Positions 1-9,530 of a stretch of 41,313 bases of DNA are shown piece by piece. The notes below the pieces were generated by a model, which worked only from the letters and a program-made list of their open reading frames with translations, did not search any database and had not been told where the DNA came from. The DNA is taken from the NCBI GenBank assembly GCA_002327585.1, contig DCWL01000010.1, forward strand, positions 21,097 to 62,409. The letters run 5' to 3'. The position numbers and the translations under genes are program-made. Within the stretch, counting starts at the first letter, position 1, and each line of letters opens with the position of its first letter. The stretch comes from Candidatus Phycocordibacter aenigmaticus. GTDB lineage: Bacteria; Patescibacteriota; Minisyncoccia; Phycocordibacterales; UBA2163.

Positions 1-1137
1 GCCAGCCGTGTGCGTGATTTGTTTAAACTCGCAAAGAAAGCGGCGCCGGCAATAATATTTGTAGATGAGATTGACGCTGTCGGACGTGTACGTGGCACAG
101 GAGTCGGAGGAGGAAACGACGAGAGGGAGCAGACACTCAATCAAATTCTTGTTGAAATGGACGGTTTTGAGCCGAATGAGCGGATTGTGATTATGGCGGC
201 GACGAATCGCCCTGATGTCCTTGATCCCGCGCTTATTCGCCCTGGCAGGTTTGACAGAAGGGTAGTGATTGACCTTCCTGATCGCAATGACAGAGAAGAT
301 ATATTAAAAATTCATGCAAGAAAAAAGCCGCTTGGCGAGGATGTAAACTTTACGACTGTTGCGGAGAGAACTCCCGGGTTCTCAGGCGCTGACCTATATT
401 CGCTTGTAAATGAAGCGGCGATTTTAGCCGCGCGGGAGGAAAGGAAGAAAGTCTCACAGTTTGACTTTATCCGCTCAATTGAAAAAGTGATGCTCGGGCC
501 CGAGAGAAAAAGTCACATCCTCTCAAAACGCGAGAAGGAGATAACAGCGTATCATGAAACGGGGCATGCGCTTGTTGCATCAGTCCTGCCTTATGCGGAT
601 CCTGTTCATAAAATTTCTATAATTTCGCGTGGGCGTGCAGCTGGCTATACGCTTAAACTGCCATTTGAAGACAGGAGAATGCAGTCTAGGAAAGAATTCC
701 TTGATGATATTGCGGTTTCCCTCGGTGGATACATTGCAGAGAAGATGCTTTTTGACGATCTTACAACCGGCGCGTCAAATGATCTGCAGGTGCTCACAGC
801 GCTTGCGCGAGACATGGTCACAAAATACGGAATGTCAGATAAACTGGGTCCAGTAGCTCTTGAAGGAGATGTGCACAGAGTAATGTTTGGGCACGGAACG
901 GGGGAGAAAGAATATTCAGAAAAGGTATCAGCGGAGATTGACGCAGAAGTCTCGAGTATAATTGAAAATGCATATAAATCTGCGGAGCATATTTTAAAGA
1001 AACACAAAAAAGCACTTGATGCTATCGCGAAGAAACTTATTGAAGTTGAAACAATTGAAAGGGATGAGTTTGAAAAGCTTCTCATTACAAACGGTATTGA
1101 ACCCAAGAAAAAGCAGGACATTGAGCACGGTGAATAA
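1..1137 (+). CDS. ftsH: ATP-dependent zinc metalloprotease FtsH, C-terminal ~378 aa (5' end lies upstream of the window)
   Basis: Frame 1 is open from nt 1 ([13 protein letters not shown]...). AAA+ second region of homology [20 protein letters not shown]; M41 protease zinc site HETGHA; stop TAA 1135-1137. Confidence 0.95.
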   Translation, partial: ASRVRDLFKLAKKAAPAIIFVDEIDAVGRVRGTGVGGGNDEREQTLNQILVEMDGFEPNERIVIMAATNRPDVLDPALIRPGRFDRRVVIDLPDRNDREDILKIHARKKPLGEDVNFTTVAERTPGFSGADLYSLVNEAAILAAREERKKVSQFDFIRSIEKVMLGPERKSHILSKREKEITAYHETGHALVASVLPYADPVHKISIISRGRAAGYTLKLPFEDRRMQSRKEFLDDIAVSLGGYIAEKMLFDDLTTGASNDLQVLTALARDMVTKYGMSDKLGPVALEGDVHRVMFGHGTGEKEYSEKVSAEIDAEVSSIIENAYKSAEHILKKHKKALDAIAKKLIEVETIERDEFEKLLITNGIEPKKKQDIEHGE

Positions 1138-1188
1138 TATCTCAGGTGTATTTGCTACTGTTTTGTGCTATAAAATACAAGTATAAAC

Positions 1189-1261
1189 GCGTGTGTAGCT
1201 CAGTTGGTAGAGCGCGGAGCTTATACCTCCGTGGTCCCAGGTTCGAGTCCTGGCGCACGCA
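1189..1261 (+). tRNA. tRNA-Ile, anticodon UAU
   Basis: Manual cloverleaf: acceptor GCGTGTG/CGCACGC, D arm GCTC-AGTTGGTA-GAGC, anticodon stem CGGAG/CTCCG with loop CTTATAC (TAT at 1222-1224), T arm CCAGG-TTCGAGT-CCTGG, discriminator A. No encoded CCA. Confidence 0.85.
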
Positions 1262-1266
1262 CAAAA

Positions 1267-3423
1267 TCATTCAAAATGGATCTCTTTTGTTTTGCGCTTT
1301 ATAATTTCTTTTATTATAGGATAATTTTTTAACTCACTGTCTTTTGCAACTATTTTTTGTGCCTCTTTACGCGCGGCCTCAACCATCTTCAGATTTTTCA
1401 TTGCTTCCATCGCGATATCGGAGAGTCCCGACTGGCGCTTGCCGTAGAGCTCTCCTGAGCCACGAATTCCTAAATCAAATTCAGCAAGCTCAAAACCACT
1501 CTTTGCGGTTTTAAGTGCTTTTAATCTTTCATTTGTTTTTGCCGACCTGCTGTCCGAAAATACGAAGCAGTACGCCTGATGATTACTTCTTAAAACTCTT
1601 CCGCGAAGCTGGTGAAGCTGAGCAAGGCCAAATCGTTCCGCGCCCTCAATTATTATCACAGTTGCATTAGGAACATTAACGCCCACTTCAACTACGGATG
1701 TTGCAACGAGAATCTGCGTTTCATTTTTCACAAATCTTTCCATCACCCCTTCCTTTTCGCTATTCTTTAATTTACTGTGGAGAATTTCTATTTCATATTC
1801 GGGGAATATATTTTTTTTCAATCTTTTAGCCTCTTCTTTTACTGATTTTGCATTTATCGCCTTTTCTTTTGTCAAATCTGGTTCTTCTATCCTTGGAGTT
1901 ATTACATAAACTTGTCTTCCAGCTTTAATCTCTTTCCGCACATTCTCATAGATCTCATCTCTTTTATTAGGCAACACAACTTTTGTGATTATAGGTTTTC
2001 TTCCCTTTGGCATTTCATCAAGGAGCGTCAAATCAAGGTCACCGTAGATGGTAAGGGCAAGCGTTCTAGGAATTGGGGTTGCAGTCATTGAAAGCAAATG
2101 CGGGGCAATATCGTCTTTCCGCGTGAGTTTTTGTCTTTGGGACGTGCCAAAGCGATGCTGTTCGTCTATGATTATAAACGCCAAGTTTTCAAATTTTACT
2201 GTTTTTTGTATGAGAGAGTGTGTACCTATAAGTATAGGTATCTCACCGTTTGAAACCCATTTTAGGAGTTGCGCGCGTGAGATATTTGTAGAACCTTCCG
2301 GATTGATTTTGGAAGGGAATTTTCTACACCCACTTGATGTTATGAGGCCTATGTTGATTGGAAGATGTGAGAAATACTGAACAAAAGTCTCAAAATGCTG
2401 TTTTGCAAGGATTTCTGTTGGTACCATATAAGCGGTCTGAAGGTTTCCGAAATTCTGTCCTTCTGGGTATGTAGTTGTAACTGCGTTGACGACAGTCGCA
2501 GCAACCGCTGTTTTTCCTGAGCCGACATCTCCCTCCAGAAGCCGCGACATTGGGTGCTTTTTTTCAAAATCATCAAGTATGCTTTTTATGGCTTTGCTTT
2601 GTGCATCTGTTGTGGAGAATGGAAATCTTTTTATAAATTTCTTGATATCTTTTTCACTCGCTTTTATACGGAAAGATTTTTTCTTTTCATATTCTTTACG
2701 GTCTTTCTGCTTTGAAATCTGAATAAAGAAAACTTCTGCAAATGCGAGCCGTTTTCGCGCCGCCGCGCTGTCGGATTTTTTCTTTGGAGTGTGAATCCAA
2801 ATGAGTGCAGTTTTTAGTTTAGGCAGATTATATTTTTTTAGAATCTCTTGTGGGACAGCATCCCTAATCTCATCTAAAAGCCCGCTTCCAAAGACCTTTT
2901 GTATATTGTGGTAAAACCATTTTGAAGTGATACCTTTGCTTTCTTTATATACTGGAAGAAATGTATTTACACTCTCTCCATCTGAAAAAAGTGACTCCCC
3001 TGTATTTATAGGCAAGTTTTCGATATTCTCAGATTCAGGGTTTGCAATGTATAAGCTTCTCTCATCGCCAGTCACTTTACCACTTAATTTGACAAGTGCA
3101 CCGCTGTGGAGCATTTTTGCAATATACGGCTGGTTGAACCAGATAATCTTCATTTTTCCAGTACCGTCTTCAATATATCCTTCGGCAATCGGGCGTCTAC
3201 TTTTAAATGACTTTCTTGTTGAAAGCCCGCTTATTTTGCCATAAATTATTACATCATCCCCGACTTCTAAAGAACTTATAGGTTTATTTCCAGTGATATT
3301 TTCATAGCGGGAAGGGAAGTGAAAGAGTAAATCGCGGATATCTAAAATTTTAAGCTTTTTAAGCGCGTTTTTCTGATTTTGAGTAAGACGGAAATGTTTT
3401 TCCAATAAATCATTTGGTTGCAT
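1267..3423 (-). CDS. recG: ATP-dependent DNA helicase RecG
   Basis: 718-aa ORF. Walker A GDVGSGKT, DEQHRFG box, TATPIPRT and HQLRGRV helicase motifs, N-terminal wedge-like region. Confidence 0.93.
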   Translation of the reverse strand: MQPNDLLEKHFRLTQNQKNALKKLKILDIRDLLFHFPSRYENITGNKPISSLEVGDDVIIYGKISGLSTRKSFKSRRPIAEGYIEDGTGKMKIIWFNQPYIAKMLHSGALVKLSGKVTGDERSLYIANPESENIENLPINTGESLFSDGESVNTFLPVYKESKGITSKWFYHNIQKVFGSGLLDEIRDAVPQEILKKYNLPKLKTALIWIHTPKKKSDSAAARKRLAFAEVFFIQISKQKDRKEYEKKKSFRIKASEKDIKKFIKRFPFSTTDAQSKAIKSILDDFEKKHPMSRLLEGDVGSGKTAVAATVVNAVTTTYPEGQNFGNLQTAYMVPTEILAKQHFETFVQYFSHLPINIGLITSSGCRKFPSKINPEGSTNISRAQLLKWVSNGEIPILIGTHSLIQKTVKFENLAFIIIDEQHRFGTSQRQKLTRKDDIAPHLLSMTATPIPRTLALTIYGDLDLTLLDEMPKGRKPIITKVVLPNKRDEIYENVRKEIKAGRQVYVITPRIEEPDLTKEKAINAKSVKEEAKRLKKNIFPEYEIEILHSKLKNSEKEGVMERFVKNETQILVATSVVEVGVNVPNATVIIIEGAERFGLAQLHQLRGRVLRSNHQAYCFVFSDSRSAKTNERLKALKTAKSGFELAEFDLGIRGSGELYGKRQSGLSDIAMEAMKNLKMVEAARKEAQKIVAKDSELKNYPIIKEIIKRKTKEIHFE

Positions 3424-3440
3424 AAATTTTAGTATAGCAA

Positions 3441-3490
3441 GAAAAAATAAAATATCCGTGGGCCTTTAACTCACGGGTATTTTATTTTTC
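3441..3490 (-). terminator. Rho-independent terminator downstream of the 3507-3692 gene (T-runs on both strands)
   Basis: 9-bp stem ATATCCGTG (3452-3460) / CACGGGTAT (3472-3480) with one G-U pair and an 11-nt loop, flanked by A-run 3441-3451 and T-run 3481-3490. Confidence 0.6.
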
Positions 3491-3506
3491 ATTTTTATCG
3501 GCTTAT

Positions 3507-3692
3507 TTAGTATTCAGTCGCTTCTGCCGCTTCGTCTTCTACAGCTGCATCAACCACTTCTTCTGCCTCAACCACTTCCACTTCTTCCGTTGCGGTCACT
3601 GTATCAGCCTCATCCGCAGAATTATTTCTAAGCATTAGAAATCCTACAATGGCGATAGCGATAATGACTACTATAGTTATTATACCCTTCAT
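3507..3692 (-). CDS. small membrane protein with acidic C-terminal tail (hypothetical)
   Basis: 61-aa ORF: one hydrophobic helix (IITIVVIIAIAIVGFLML) followed by an E/D/A/V-rich tail. Followed by a terminator hairpin. Confidence 0.5.
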   Translation of the reverse strand: MKGIITIVVIIAIAIVGFLMLRNNSADEADTVTATEEVEVVEAEEVVDAAVEDEAAEATEY

Positions 3693-3835
3693 ATTATTTG
3701 AATATTCAAATTATCACTACTGTTAATAATAGTGAAATAATAACATTTTATAATTATTAATGTAAATAGTATTTCAACTCTATAATGTGTAAAACTCTAA
3801 ATATGTATATTTAAACTAATGTATAATATATAGAC

Positions 3836-5311
3836 ATGAGAAATATCGCTTTAGTGTTAATTATAATAGCTGTAATCTCTGTTTCAGCTGCTGTTGCAAC
3901 TGTCCGTATAGTAAATCAAAGAATAGCCGAAGATGACAAAAGAATTTCATTTGAACAGCAGATTTGGGAGCTTGAGAAAAATCGCGTAACAAATGCACTA
4001 AGCGACACTATTGATATGCAGGATATCATTAAAGGCTTTTGGCTTGAACATACAAGTGATACAGGAGAAATGGAGGTTGTGCTTGTGTCAGTTGATGGTC
4101 TTGCGGCACAGAATCTCTCTATGGACGAGCTTGAGCAGGTGGTGGCTGATATTGATAATGGAAGGATTATCAGAGCAGATAACGCAAAATTACTTTCAGA
4201 AGATGAATTATCAGAAAACCTGCAGTTTCATAATGAAGTCTATGCTTCGCTCTCTGGAGGAGTTTCAACTAAAGAGATGCTTGAAGATCTTCAAATGCGT
4301 GTAAGAGAACAAGAATCTTCCTCTGCTGATTTATCCTCGCTTGCATATCTTTATGAACTGGAGGGCAATTATGGTGCCAGAGATGCTCTTAATGCAGAGG
4401 GTTCATGCGAGTCATGCCGAAAGAAGATCGCTATAACAATAAGCGGAAGCGTTGTTGATTTGAAAGGAGAACCGGTGCAGGGGGCAGTAATTGACGTACT
4501 TGGTGTAAATGAAGCGACAGTTCACACTGATTCAAATGGGCTCTACACTATTACTATCTCGACATTTGTACCGGGGAAAGTTCGGGTAAGCGCTCTTAAG
4601 AGAAACTTCTCTGACGGCGTGATGTCGGTTAATACTGTCTCAAAAAATAAAACTTTTTACAAAGCGGATCCGATTATCATTGCTGACGCTGTTTCTATAG
4701 TAACCATAGATACACAGAACAAAACGGTTTCTGGAAGTCGAAACGAAGTAAGAGAAGATGGTGTATTTGTCGTGCGAACTGACCAGAGCACATATGAAAT
4801 ACCGGCAGGCGCTATTGTGCACAAAAGTGGCATTCAGTACAAAGGAGAGGTGGATGTGTATCTGTATGAATTTTCGCAGGGGAACATTCCGGAGGGTCTG
4901 ATACAGGTAGATACATTTGACGATGTACGAGGTTTTGCAGGAGACTTGATGAAAACATTTGGTATGCCGTTTATTCAATTCTTTAGCTCCTCCGGAGAAG
5001 AGCTTCATGTGCTAAGAAGCAATTCGATGGTGCTGACGTATAAGATTGCCAATATGAACGAACTTCGCAGAAACACACTTGCTATATATAGCCCGCTTAC
5101 AAATGAGGATATGAAATTTCTTGTAGACATTTCCTCAAAGAGCCCTAGAGCATATCCGATAGACCGTGAGTTTCTTATTGAAAACCAATTACTTAGGTTT
5201 CCTGCATTTTGGGTATATGATCGGAGGGCAGGGATCTGGAACAGTGTTGGCATCTCTGTCCTTGATACCTCAGGCACTATAAAAAGCGAGTTTTATACCA
5301 TAAAAAACTAG
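3836..5311 (+). CDS. hypothetical membrane-anchored/secreted protein with carboxypeptidase-regulatory-like beta-sandwich segment
   Basis: 491-aa ORF. N-terminal TM/signal anchor (IALVLIIIAVISVSAAVA). Segment GSVVDLKGEPVQGAVIDVLGVNEATVHTDSNGLYTI resembles the CarboxypepD_reg fold signature. Confidence 0.7.
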   Translation: MRNIALVLIIIAVISVSAAVATVRIVNQRIAEDDKRISFEQQIWELEKNRVTNALSDTIDMQDIIKGFWLEHTSDTGEMEVVLVSVDGLAAQNLSMDELEQVVADIDNGRIIRADNAKLLSEDELSENLQFHNEVYASLSGGVSTKEMLEDLQMRVREQESSSADLSSLAYLYELEGNYGARDALNAEGSCESCRKKIAITISGSVVDLKGEPVQGAVIDVLGVNEATVHTDSNGLYTITISTFVPGKVRVSALKRNFSDGVMSVNTVSKNKTFYKADPIIIADAVSIVTIDTQNKTVSGSRNEVREDGVFVVRTDQSTYEIPAGAIVHKSGIQYKGEVDVYLYEFSQGNIPEGLIQVDTFDDVRGFAGDLMKTFGMPFIQFFSSSGEELHVLRSNSMVLTYKIANMNELRRNTLAIYSPLTNEDMKFLVDISSKSPRAYPIDREFLIENQLLRFPAFWVYDRRAGIWNSVGISVLDTSGTIKSEFYTIKN

Positions 5312-5381
5312 TCCACAGATGCTTATTTTACATATTTTCAGGAGACCTTATAATATTAGTATATCAATTAATTGAGATAAT

Positions 5382-6230
5382 ATGAATCAAAATATAAATA
5401 AGGGGTTTAATTCTGCTTCAAATGATAAAAAGTGGAAATTAATAGGCATCATTGCTCTTATAATAGCAATTGGTGGGTTTGTTGTTATTTACACACAAAT
5501 CTCAACGGCAAATGTGGATTACATCTGTACATACATTGTTGAAGAGAATGATCCGTGTGGGAATGGAAACTGGGGTACGTGGTCAACAATATCAACAACT
5601 GGTGATTCTGGACAATGTACACAGGTAAAGACAGAGAAGCGGATTTACACAGGAACTCGTGAGACAAGGCACATCCTGCAGTATCTGTCGCTTCGAACAT
5701 CTTGTCAATCTGGATATTCACAAGCTCAGCACGGAGATTCTGGAGGTTCCAGCGGTTTCCACGGTGGAAGTATTGTGTCAGAGACAGCAGCATGTCAGAT
5801 TGAAGAGACACGAACGACCGCAGATATTGCCGGAACATGTAGTGGTGGCGGAGGAGGGGGTGGTCAAACTGATGTAACAACCTCAAGCGTCCAGACGGAT
5901 ACTGGGACCAGTGATAGCCAAACAACAAATATTTCAGCATTAGAACAACTTACACAATTCCGTGAAGAAAAGATTGACGGGCAGATTACTGCTGACCCAG
6001 ACCTTCTGCGAAGAGGGAATACAACGGAAGTTAGGTGGCAGGGTGTTGAAGTAACAGCATGTACTGTGACTGGTTCAAACGGCGACAGCTGGAGCGGTAC
6101 ATCAGGAGAGGAGATTACATCTCCAATTGAATCAGTGACTACATTCACCCTTAATTGTACGGCGTTTAATGATACGCAAGTCCAGGATTCTGTTGAAGTA
6201 GAAGTACTACCTGAATTCCAAGAGATGTAA
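5382..6230 (+). CDS. hypothetical membrane-anchored/secreted Cys- and Gly-rich protein
   Basis: 282-aa ORF. N-terminal TM (LIGIIALIIAIGGFVVIY), W-x-x-W-S motif (NWGTWSTIS), G7 run, C-terminal Ig-like-looking segment. Terminator follows. Confidence 0.65.
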   Translation: MNQNINKGFNSASNDKKWKLIGIIALIIAIGGFVVIYTQISTANVDYICTYIVEENDPCGNGNWGTWSTISTTGDSGQCTQVKTEKRIYTGTRETRHILQYLSLRTSCQSGYSQAQHGDSGGSSGFHGGSIVSETAACQIEETRTTADIAGTCSGGGGGGGQTDVTTSSVQTDTGTSDSQTTNISALEQLTQFREEKIDGQITADPDLLRRGNTTEVRWQGVEVTACTVTGSNGDSWSGTSGEEITSPIESVTTFTLNCTAFNDTQVQDSVEVEVLPEFQEM

Positions 6231-6256
6231 TTCTTAAATTTAAGAATTAAAACGAC

Positions 6257-6292
6257 AAAATACCCACTGCCGAAAGCAATGGGTATTTTGCA
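6257..6292 (+). terminator. Rho-independent terminator after the 5382-6230 gene
   Basis: Stem AAAATACCCA (6257-6266) / TGGGTATTTT (6280-6289), plus an inner TGC/GCA extension around loop CGAAA. Confidence 0.65.
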
Positions 6293-6354
6293 ATTGTCAT
6301 TAAATTTGTTTTTTGTAAAAACTCTTTGCCATAAATATGAAAAACATAAATTTG

Positions 6355-6441
6355 CGGAGAGAGAGGGATTCGAACCCTCGAGACCTGTTAAGGCCTAACG
6401 CCTTAGCAAGGCGCCGCATTCGGCCACTCTGCCACCTCTCC
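6355..6441 (-). tRNA. tRNA-Ser, anticodon GCU (long variable arm)
   Basis: Reverse complement folds as GGAGAGG-TG-GCAG..., anticodon stem GCGCC/GGCGT with loop TTGCTAA (GCT), long variable arm, T arm GAGGG-TTCGAAT-CCCTC, acceptor TCTCTCC, discriminator G. Confidence 0.88.
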
Positions 6442-6516
6442 AAAGATTTTACTACGATAACATTTTCTCCTCATTTTTTCTAATGTTTTTAATATAAATT
6501 TAATCTCACTTGGATT

Positions 6517-7173
6517 TTAGTGCGCCACTGCGACGCACAAAACGTTCTTCGCTCCTGCTTCGAGTAAAACTTTTCGCCCCTCTTTCAGTGTTGCTCCTGT
6601 TGTTGTTACATCATCAAGCAGTATTATATTCCTTTCTTTTATTTTTTCTTTACTGCTTACCTCAAATGCTCCAATAACATTTTTTAGCCGCTCCTTTTTC
6701 TCAAGAGCCGTCTGGTTCGGAGTATCTTTTATTTTTTTAAACAGACCTGCATCAACTGTGTAGAAGCAATTGTCGCCGATTGCGGCAATTTCTTTCGCAA
6801 GAATCTCCGTTTGATTAAACCCTCTTTTGCGGAATTTTCTTTTGGAAAGCGGAATCGGAACAAGCAGAGGCCTATTGAAGTTCGAATAGATATTTAAGTC
6901 CGACAATTCTTCCACCATAAAATCATTCAGCATCTGTGCAAAGACTTTGGCTATTTGGCGGTTTCTCCTGTATTTAAGCGACCATATCATATGTTTTATA
7001 ATCTCATCTCTGTAGTCAAATAAAACATATATGGATTTATTTTCAATTTCTTTCCCGCACAATAATTTTTTTGACAAAACATCGGCGGTTACAGCATTCA
7101 CCGCCCTGTCAAGCTGGGATTTAGGAAGAAAAAAATCAAGTATTGCTGGAATAACTCTATTGAAGTAGTTCAT
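6517..7173 (-). CDS. comFC: ComF family protein (ComFC-like phosphoribosyltransferase-fold competence protein)
   Basis: 218-aa ORF. Motifs PIPLSKRKFRKRGFNQ and PRTase loop IILLDDVTTTGATL. The N-terminal CxxC...CxxC zinc finger usual in ComFC is not present. Confidence 0.85.
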   Translation of the reverse strand: MNYFNRVIPAILDFFLPKSQLDRAVNAVTADVLSKKLLCGKEIENKSIYVLFDYRDEIIKHMIWSLKYRRNRQIAKVFAQMLNDFMVEELSDLNIYSNFNRPLLVPIPLSKRKFRKRGFNQTEILAKEIAAIGDNCFYTVDAGLFKKIKDTPNQTALEKKERLKNVIGAFEVSSKEKIKERNIILLDDVTTTGATLKEGRKVLLEAGAKNVLCVAVAH

Positions 7174-7199
7174 ATTTTTGTATTATACTTTATTATACA

Positions 7200-8321
7200 A
7201 TGAAACTTTTTAATTTTGGCAGTAAAAAAAATACCAGTGTAATTGGTGTTGATATCGGTGCCTCCTCCATAAAAGTTGTGCAGCTTCGGAATCGCCGTGG
7301 CAGCGCAGTACTTGAAACATACGGAGAGCTCTCTTTAGGGCCGTATTCGAATTCGGAAGTAGGTCAGGCGACAAATCCCCCCGCTTCAAAAATTGCAGAA
7401 GCACTCAGGGACCTTCTAAAAGAAGCAAATGTTACAACCAAAAATGCTGGTCTCTCCATCCCGTTCTCTTCAAGCTTAATATCGCTTATTCAAATGCCGG
7501 CGCTTGACAGCAAAAACCTCGCTTCAATGATCTCCATTGAAGCGAGAAAATACATCCCTGTGCCGATTTCTGAAGTGACGCTTGACTGGTTTATTATCCC
7601 GAATGAAGAAAAGAATCTTCCGTCCCAGTCCGATAAAGAGAGTGTTGAGAAAGAAACGCCAAGCAAAAAGATAGATGTGCTTCTTGTCGCAATTCACAAC
7701 AGCACTCTTAACAAATACAATGAAATAGTCAAAGCGGCAGAGCTCGATGTTGGTTTTTTTGAAATAGAAATTTTCAGCGCGATAAGAGCAATTGTCGGAC
7801 AGAGCATTACGCCGATAATGGTTCTTGATATGGGCGCGGCAAATACAAAACTCTATATTGTTGAGTATGGCGTTGTAAAAACATCTCATGTAATAAATAC
7901 AGGTGCGCAGAATATCACACAGACACTTTCAAAATCTCTCGGACTCTCTATATCCAAAGCCGAAGAGCTTAAGCGGAAAGTCGATATTTCCAAAGACACA
8001 GACGATGATGCAATCAGGAATTCCAGAGATGCTATTGCACTCGGGCTTGATAGGGTTTTTGGAGAGGCAAATAGAGTACTTCTGCAATACAGCAAAAAAT
8101 ATGGAAAGAATATGGGTGGCGTGATACTAACGGGCGGAGGCGCAACCATGAAAGGGCTCCTTCCAATTGCAAAAAAACATCTTGAGGTAGATGTTTCAAT
8201 AAGCGATCCTTTTTCAAAAGTGGAATCACCAGCATTTTTTGAGGAAGTTTTAAAAGAAGTAGGCCCTGAATTTGCCGTTGCAGTAGGACTTGCTCTTAGG
8301 AAACTGCAGGAAGATACATAG
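7200..8321 (+). CDS. pilM: type IV pilus assembly protein PilM (actin-like ATPase fold)
   Basis: 373-aa ORF with N-terminal VIGVDIGASSIKVVQL and later MVLDMGAANTKLYIV and ILTGGGA motifs. First gene of the pilus locus. Confidence 0.88.
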   Translation: MKLFNFGSKKNTSVIGVDIGASSIKVVQLRNRRGSAVLETYGELSLGPYSNSEVGQATNPPASKIAEALRDLLKEANVTTKNAGLSIPFSSSLISLIQMPALDSKNLASMISIEARKYIPVPISEVTLDWFIIPNEEKNLPSQSDKESVEKETPSKKIDVLLVAIHNSTLNKYNEIVKAAELDVGFFEIEIFSAIRAIVGQSITPIMVLDMGAANTKLYIVEYGVVKTSHVINTGAQNITQTLSKSLGLSISKAEELKRKVDISKDTDDDAIRNSRDAIALGLDRVFGEANRVLLQYSKKYGKNMGGVILTGGGATMKGLLPIAKKHLEVDVSISDPFSKVESPAFFEEVLKEVGPEFAVAVGLALRKLQEDT

Positions 8322-8378
8322 TTGAATTATTCACTTTTCTTAATAGCGTCTGTATGGATTACAAAGTATAATAAACAT

Positions 8379-8972
8379 ATGGTGGAACAGAAGACACATA
8401 CATCTTTTATTCCAAAAAAATCGCTTACTGTCGCCTCACGACAATCGAAGGGCAGCAGTATTGGTATTTTCTTTTTGCTTACACTGATTATCTTTGTAGG
8501 CGTCATTGCTCTTGCAATAGGAGTATTCTTATATCAACAGTTTCTTTTGAAGAATATAGAGCAAAAGAATGCATCACTTGAACGGGCCAGAGCTGCTTTT
8601 GAACCAGCTCTGATTTCCGAAATTAGCCGTCTTGATACCCGCATGCGCTCCGCGCAAGACATACTGAGCAATCATAAAGCCATATCAGCATTTTTTGACC
8701 TTCTAGAAGCATCAACGCTTGAAAGCGTAAGCTTTGAAAATCTTGATTACAGGATAGACGAAGGCGGAAAGACAAGCATCTCAATGAGAGGAAGGGCGCT
8801 CAATTTTAGCTCTGTTGCTCTGCAGTCAGATATATTCGGCAAAACTAAATTCATACAGGAGCCTATTTTCTCGGATCTTAATTTGGATAAGAAAGGCAAT
8901 GTAATATTCAATTTCTCGGCTTTTATAGATTCGCGACTTATATCATATGAAAGCATAATATTATCCCAATAA
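8379..8972 (+). CDS. PilN-like pilus assembly protein (single-pass membrane)
   Basis: ATG at 8379 is preferred over the track's TTG at 8322. Short cytoplasmic N-terminus, TM (IGIFFLLTLIIFVGVIALAIGVFLY), then a coiled/periplasmic-type domain. Position is directly after pilM. Confidence 0.6.
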   Translation: MVEQKTHTSFIPKKSLTVASRQSKGSSIGIFFLLTLIIFVGVIALAIGVFLYQQFLLKNIEQKNASLERARAAFEPALISEISRLDTRMRSAQDILSNHKAISAFFDLLEASTLESVSFENLDYRIDEGGKTSISMRGRALNFSSVALQSDIFGKTKFIQEPIFSDLNLDKKGNVIFNFSAFIDSRLISYESIILSQ

Positions 8973-8977
8973 GTATC

Positions 8978-9526
8978 ATGATTAGATTAACATTTCCAAT
9001 TATTTTCATACTTCTCTCTGCGGGGCTTTTCTTTGGATTTATTGATCCGACATATGAAGATGTTAAAGAAATTCTTAAGGAGGAAGAAAAGTTTGATCAG
9101 GCGCTTGATAAATCAAAAGAGCTTCAGAAAATTAGAGACGAACTGCTGTCCAGATACAATACATTTTCAATAAGCAATCTTGACAGATTAACCAAGCTTT
9201 TACCTGACAATGTGGACAATGTGCGCCTCGTGCTTGATATTGACCATATTGCGTCCGTCTATGGTATGCGCATAAAAAATGTTACCGTCAAGAAGTCAGA
9301 GGACAGGAAAATCGGCGTTATAGGCCCGAGTGAAAAACCGTATGAATCTGTCAAACTCTCATTTTCCATATCATCCTCATATGAGGATTTAATTCAGTTT
9401 GTTAAAGATATAGAAAAGAGTCTTCGAATTGTTGATGTTGTAGAGATCTCGCTTATTCCGTCAAAAATGGGGGATGTCAATCTTTATGAATACGATATAG
9501 GAGTTAAGACGTATTGGCTTAAATAA
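8978..9526 (+). CDS. PilO-like pilus assembly protein
   Basis: 182-aa ORF. N-terminal TM, coiled segment, LLPDNVDNVRLVLDI motif typical of PilO. Synteny pilM-N-O. Confidence 0.65.
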   Translation: MIRLTFPIIFILLSAGLFFGFIDPTYEDVKEILKEEEKFDQALDKSKELQKIRDELLSRYNTFSISNLDRLTKLLPDNVDNVRLVLDIDHIASVYGMRIKNVTVKKSEDRKIGVIGPSEKPYESVKLSFSISSSYEDLIQFVKDIEKSLRIVDVVEISLIPSKMGDVNLYEYDIGVKTYWLK

Positions 9527-9530
9527 AAAT

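Noticed and set aside
645-1121. Long antisense or alternate-frame ORFs inside well-supported genes. Examples: 645-1121, 9461-9865, 11123-11620, 18920-19447, 21591-21983, 27457-27999, 30214-30819, 35678-36199.
   Set aside because: Each lies wholly within a CDS that has clear family motifs on the other strand or frame. Their translations are low-complexity (S/I/F/L-rich) with no motifs, which is typical of shadow ORFs.
6229-6248. Perfect AT-rich palindromes: AATTCTTAAATTTAAGAATT (6229-6248, overlapping a stop codon) and AAGAAAGCTTTCTT (14395-14408).
   Set aside because: Short AT-rich palindromes are expected by chance in AT-rich intergenic DNA. There are no repeated copies and no associated regulator gene, so they were not promoted to findings on their own.
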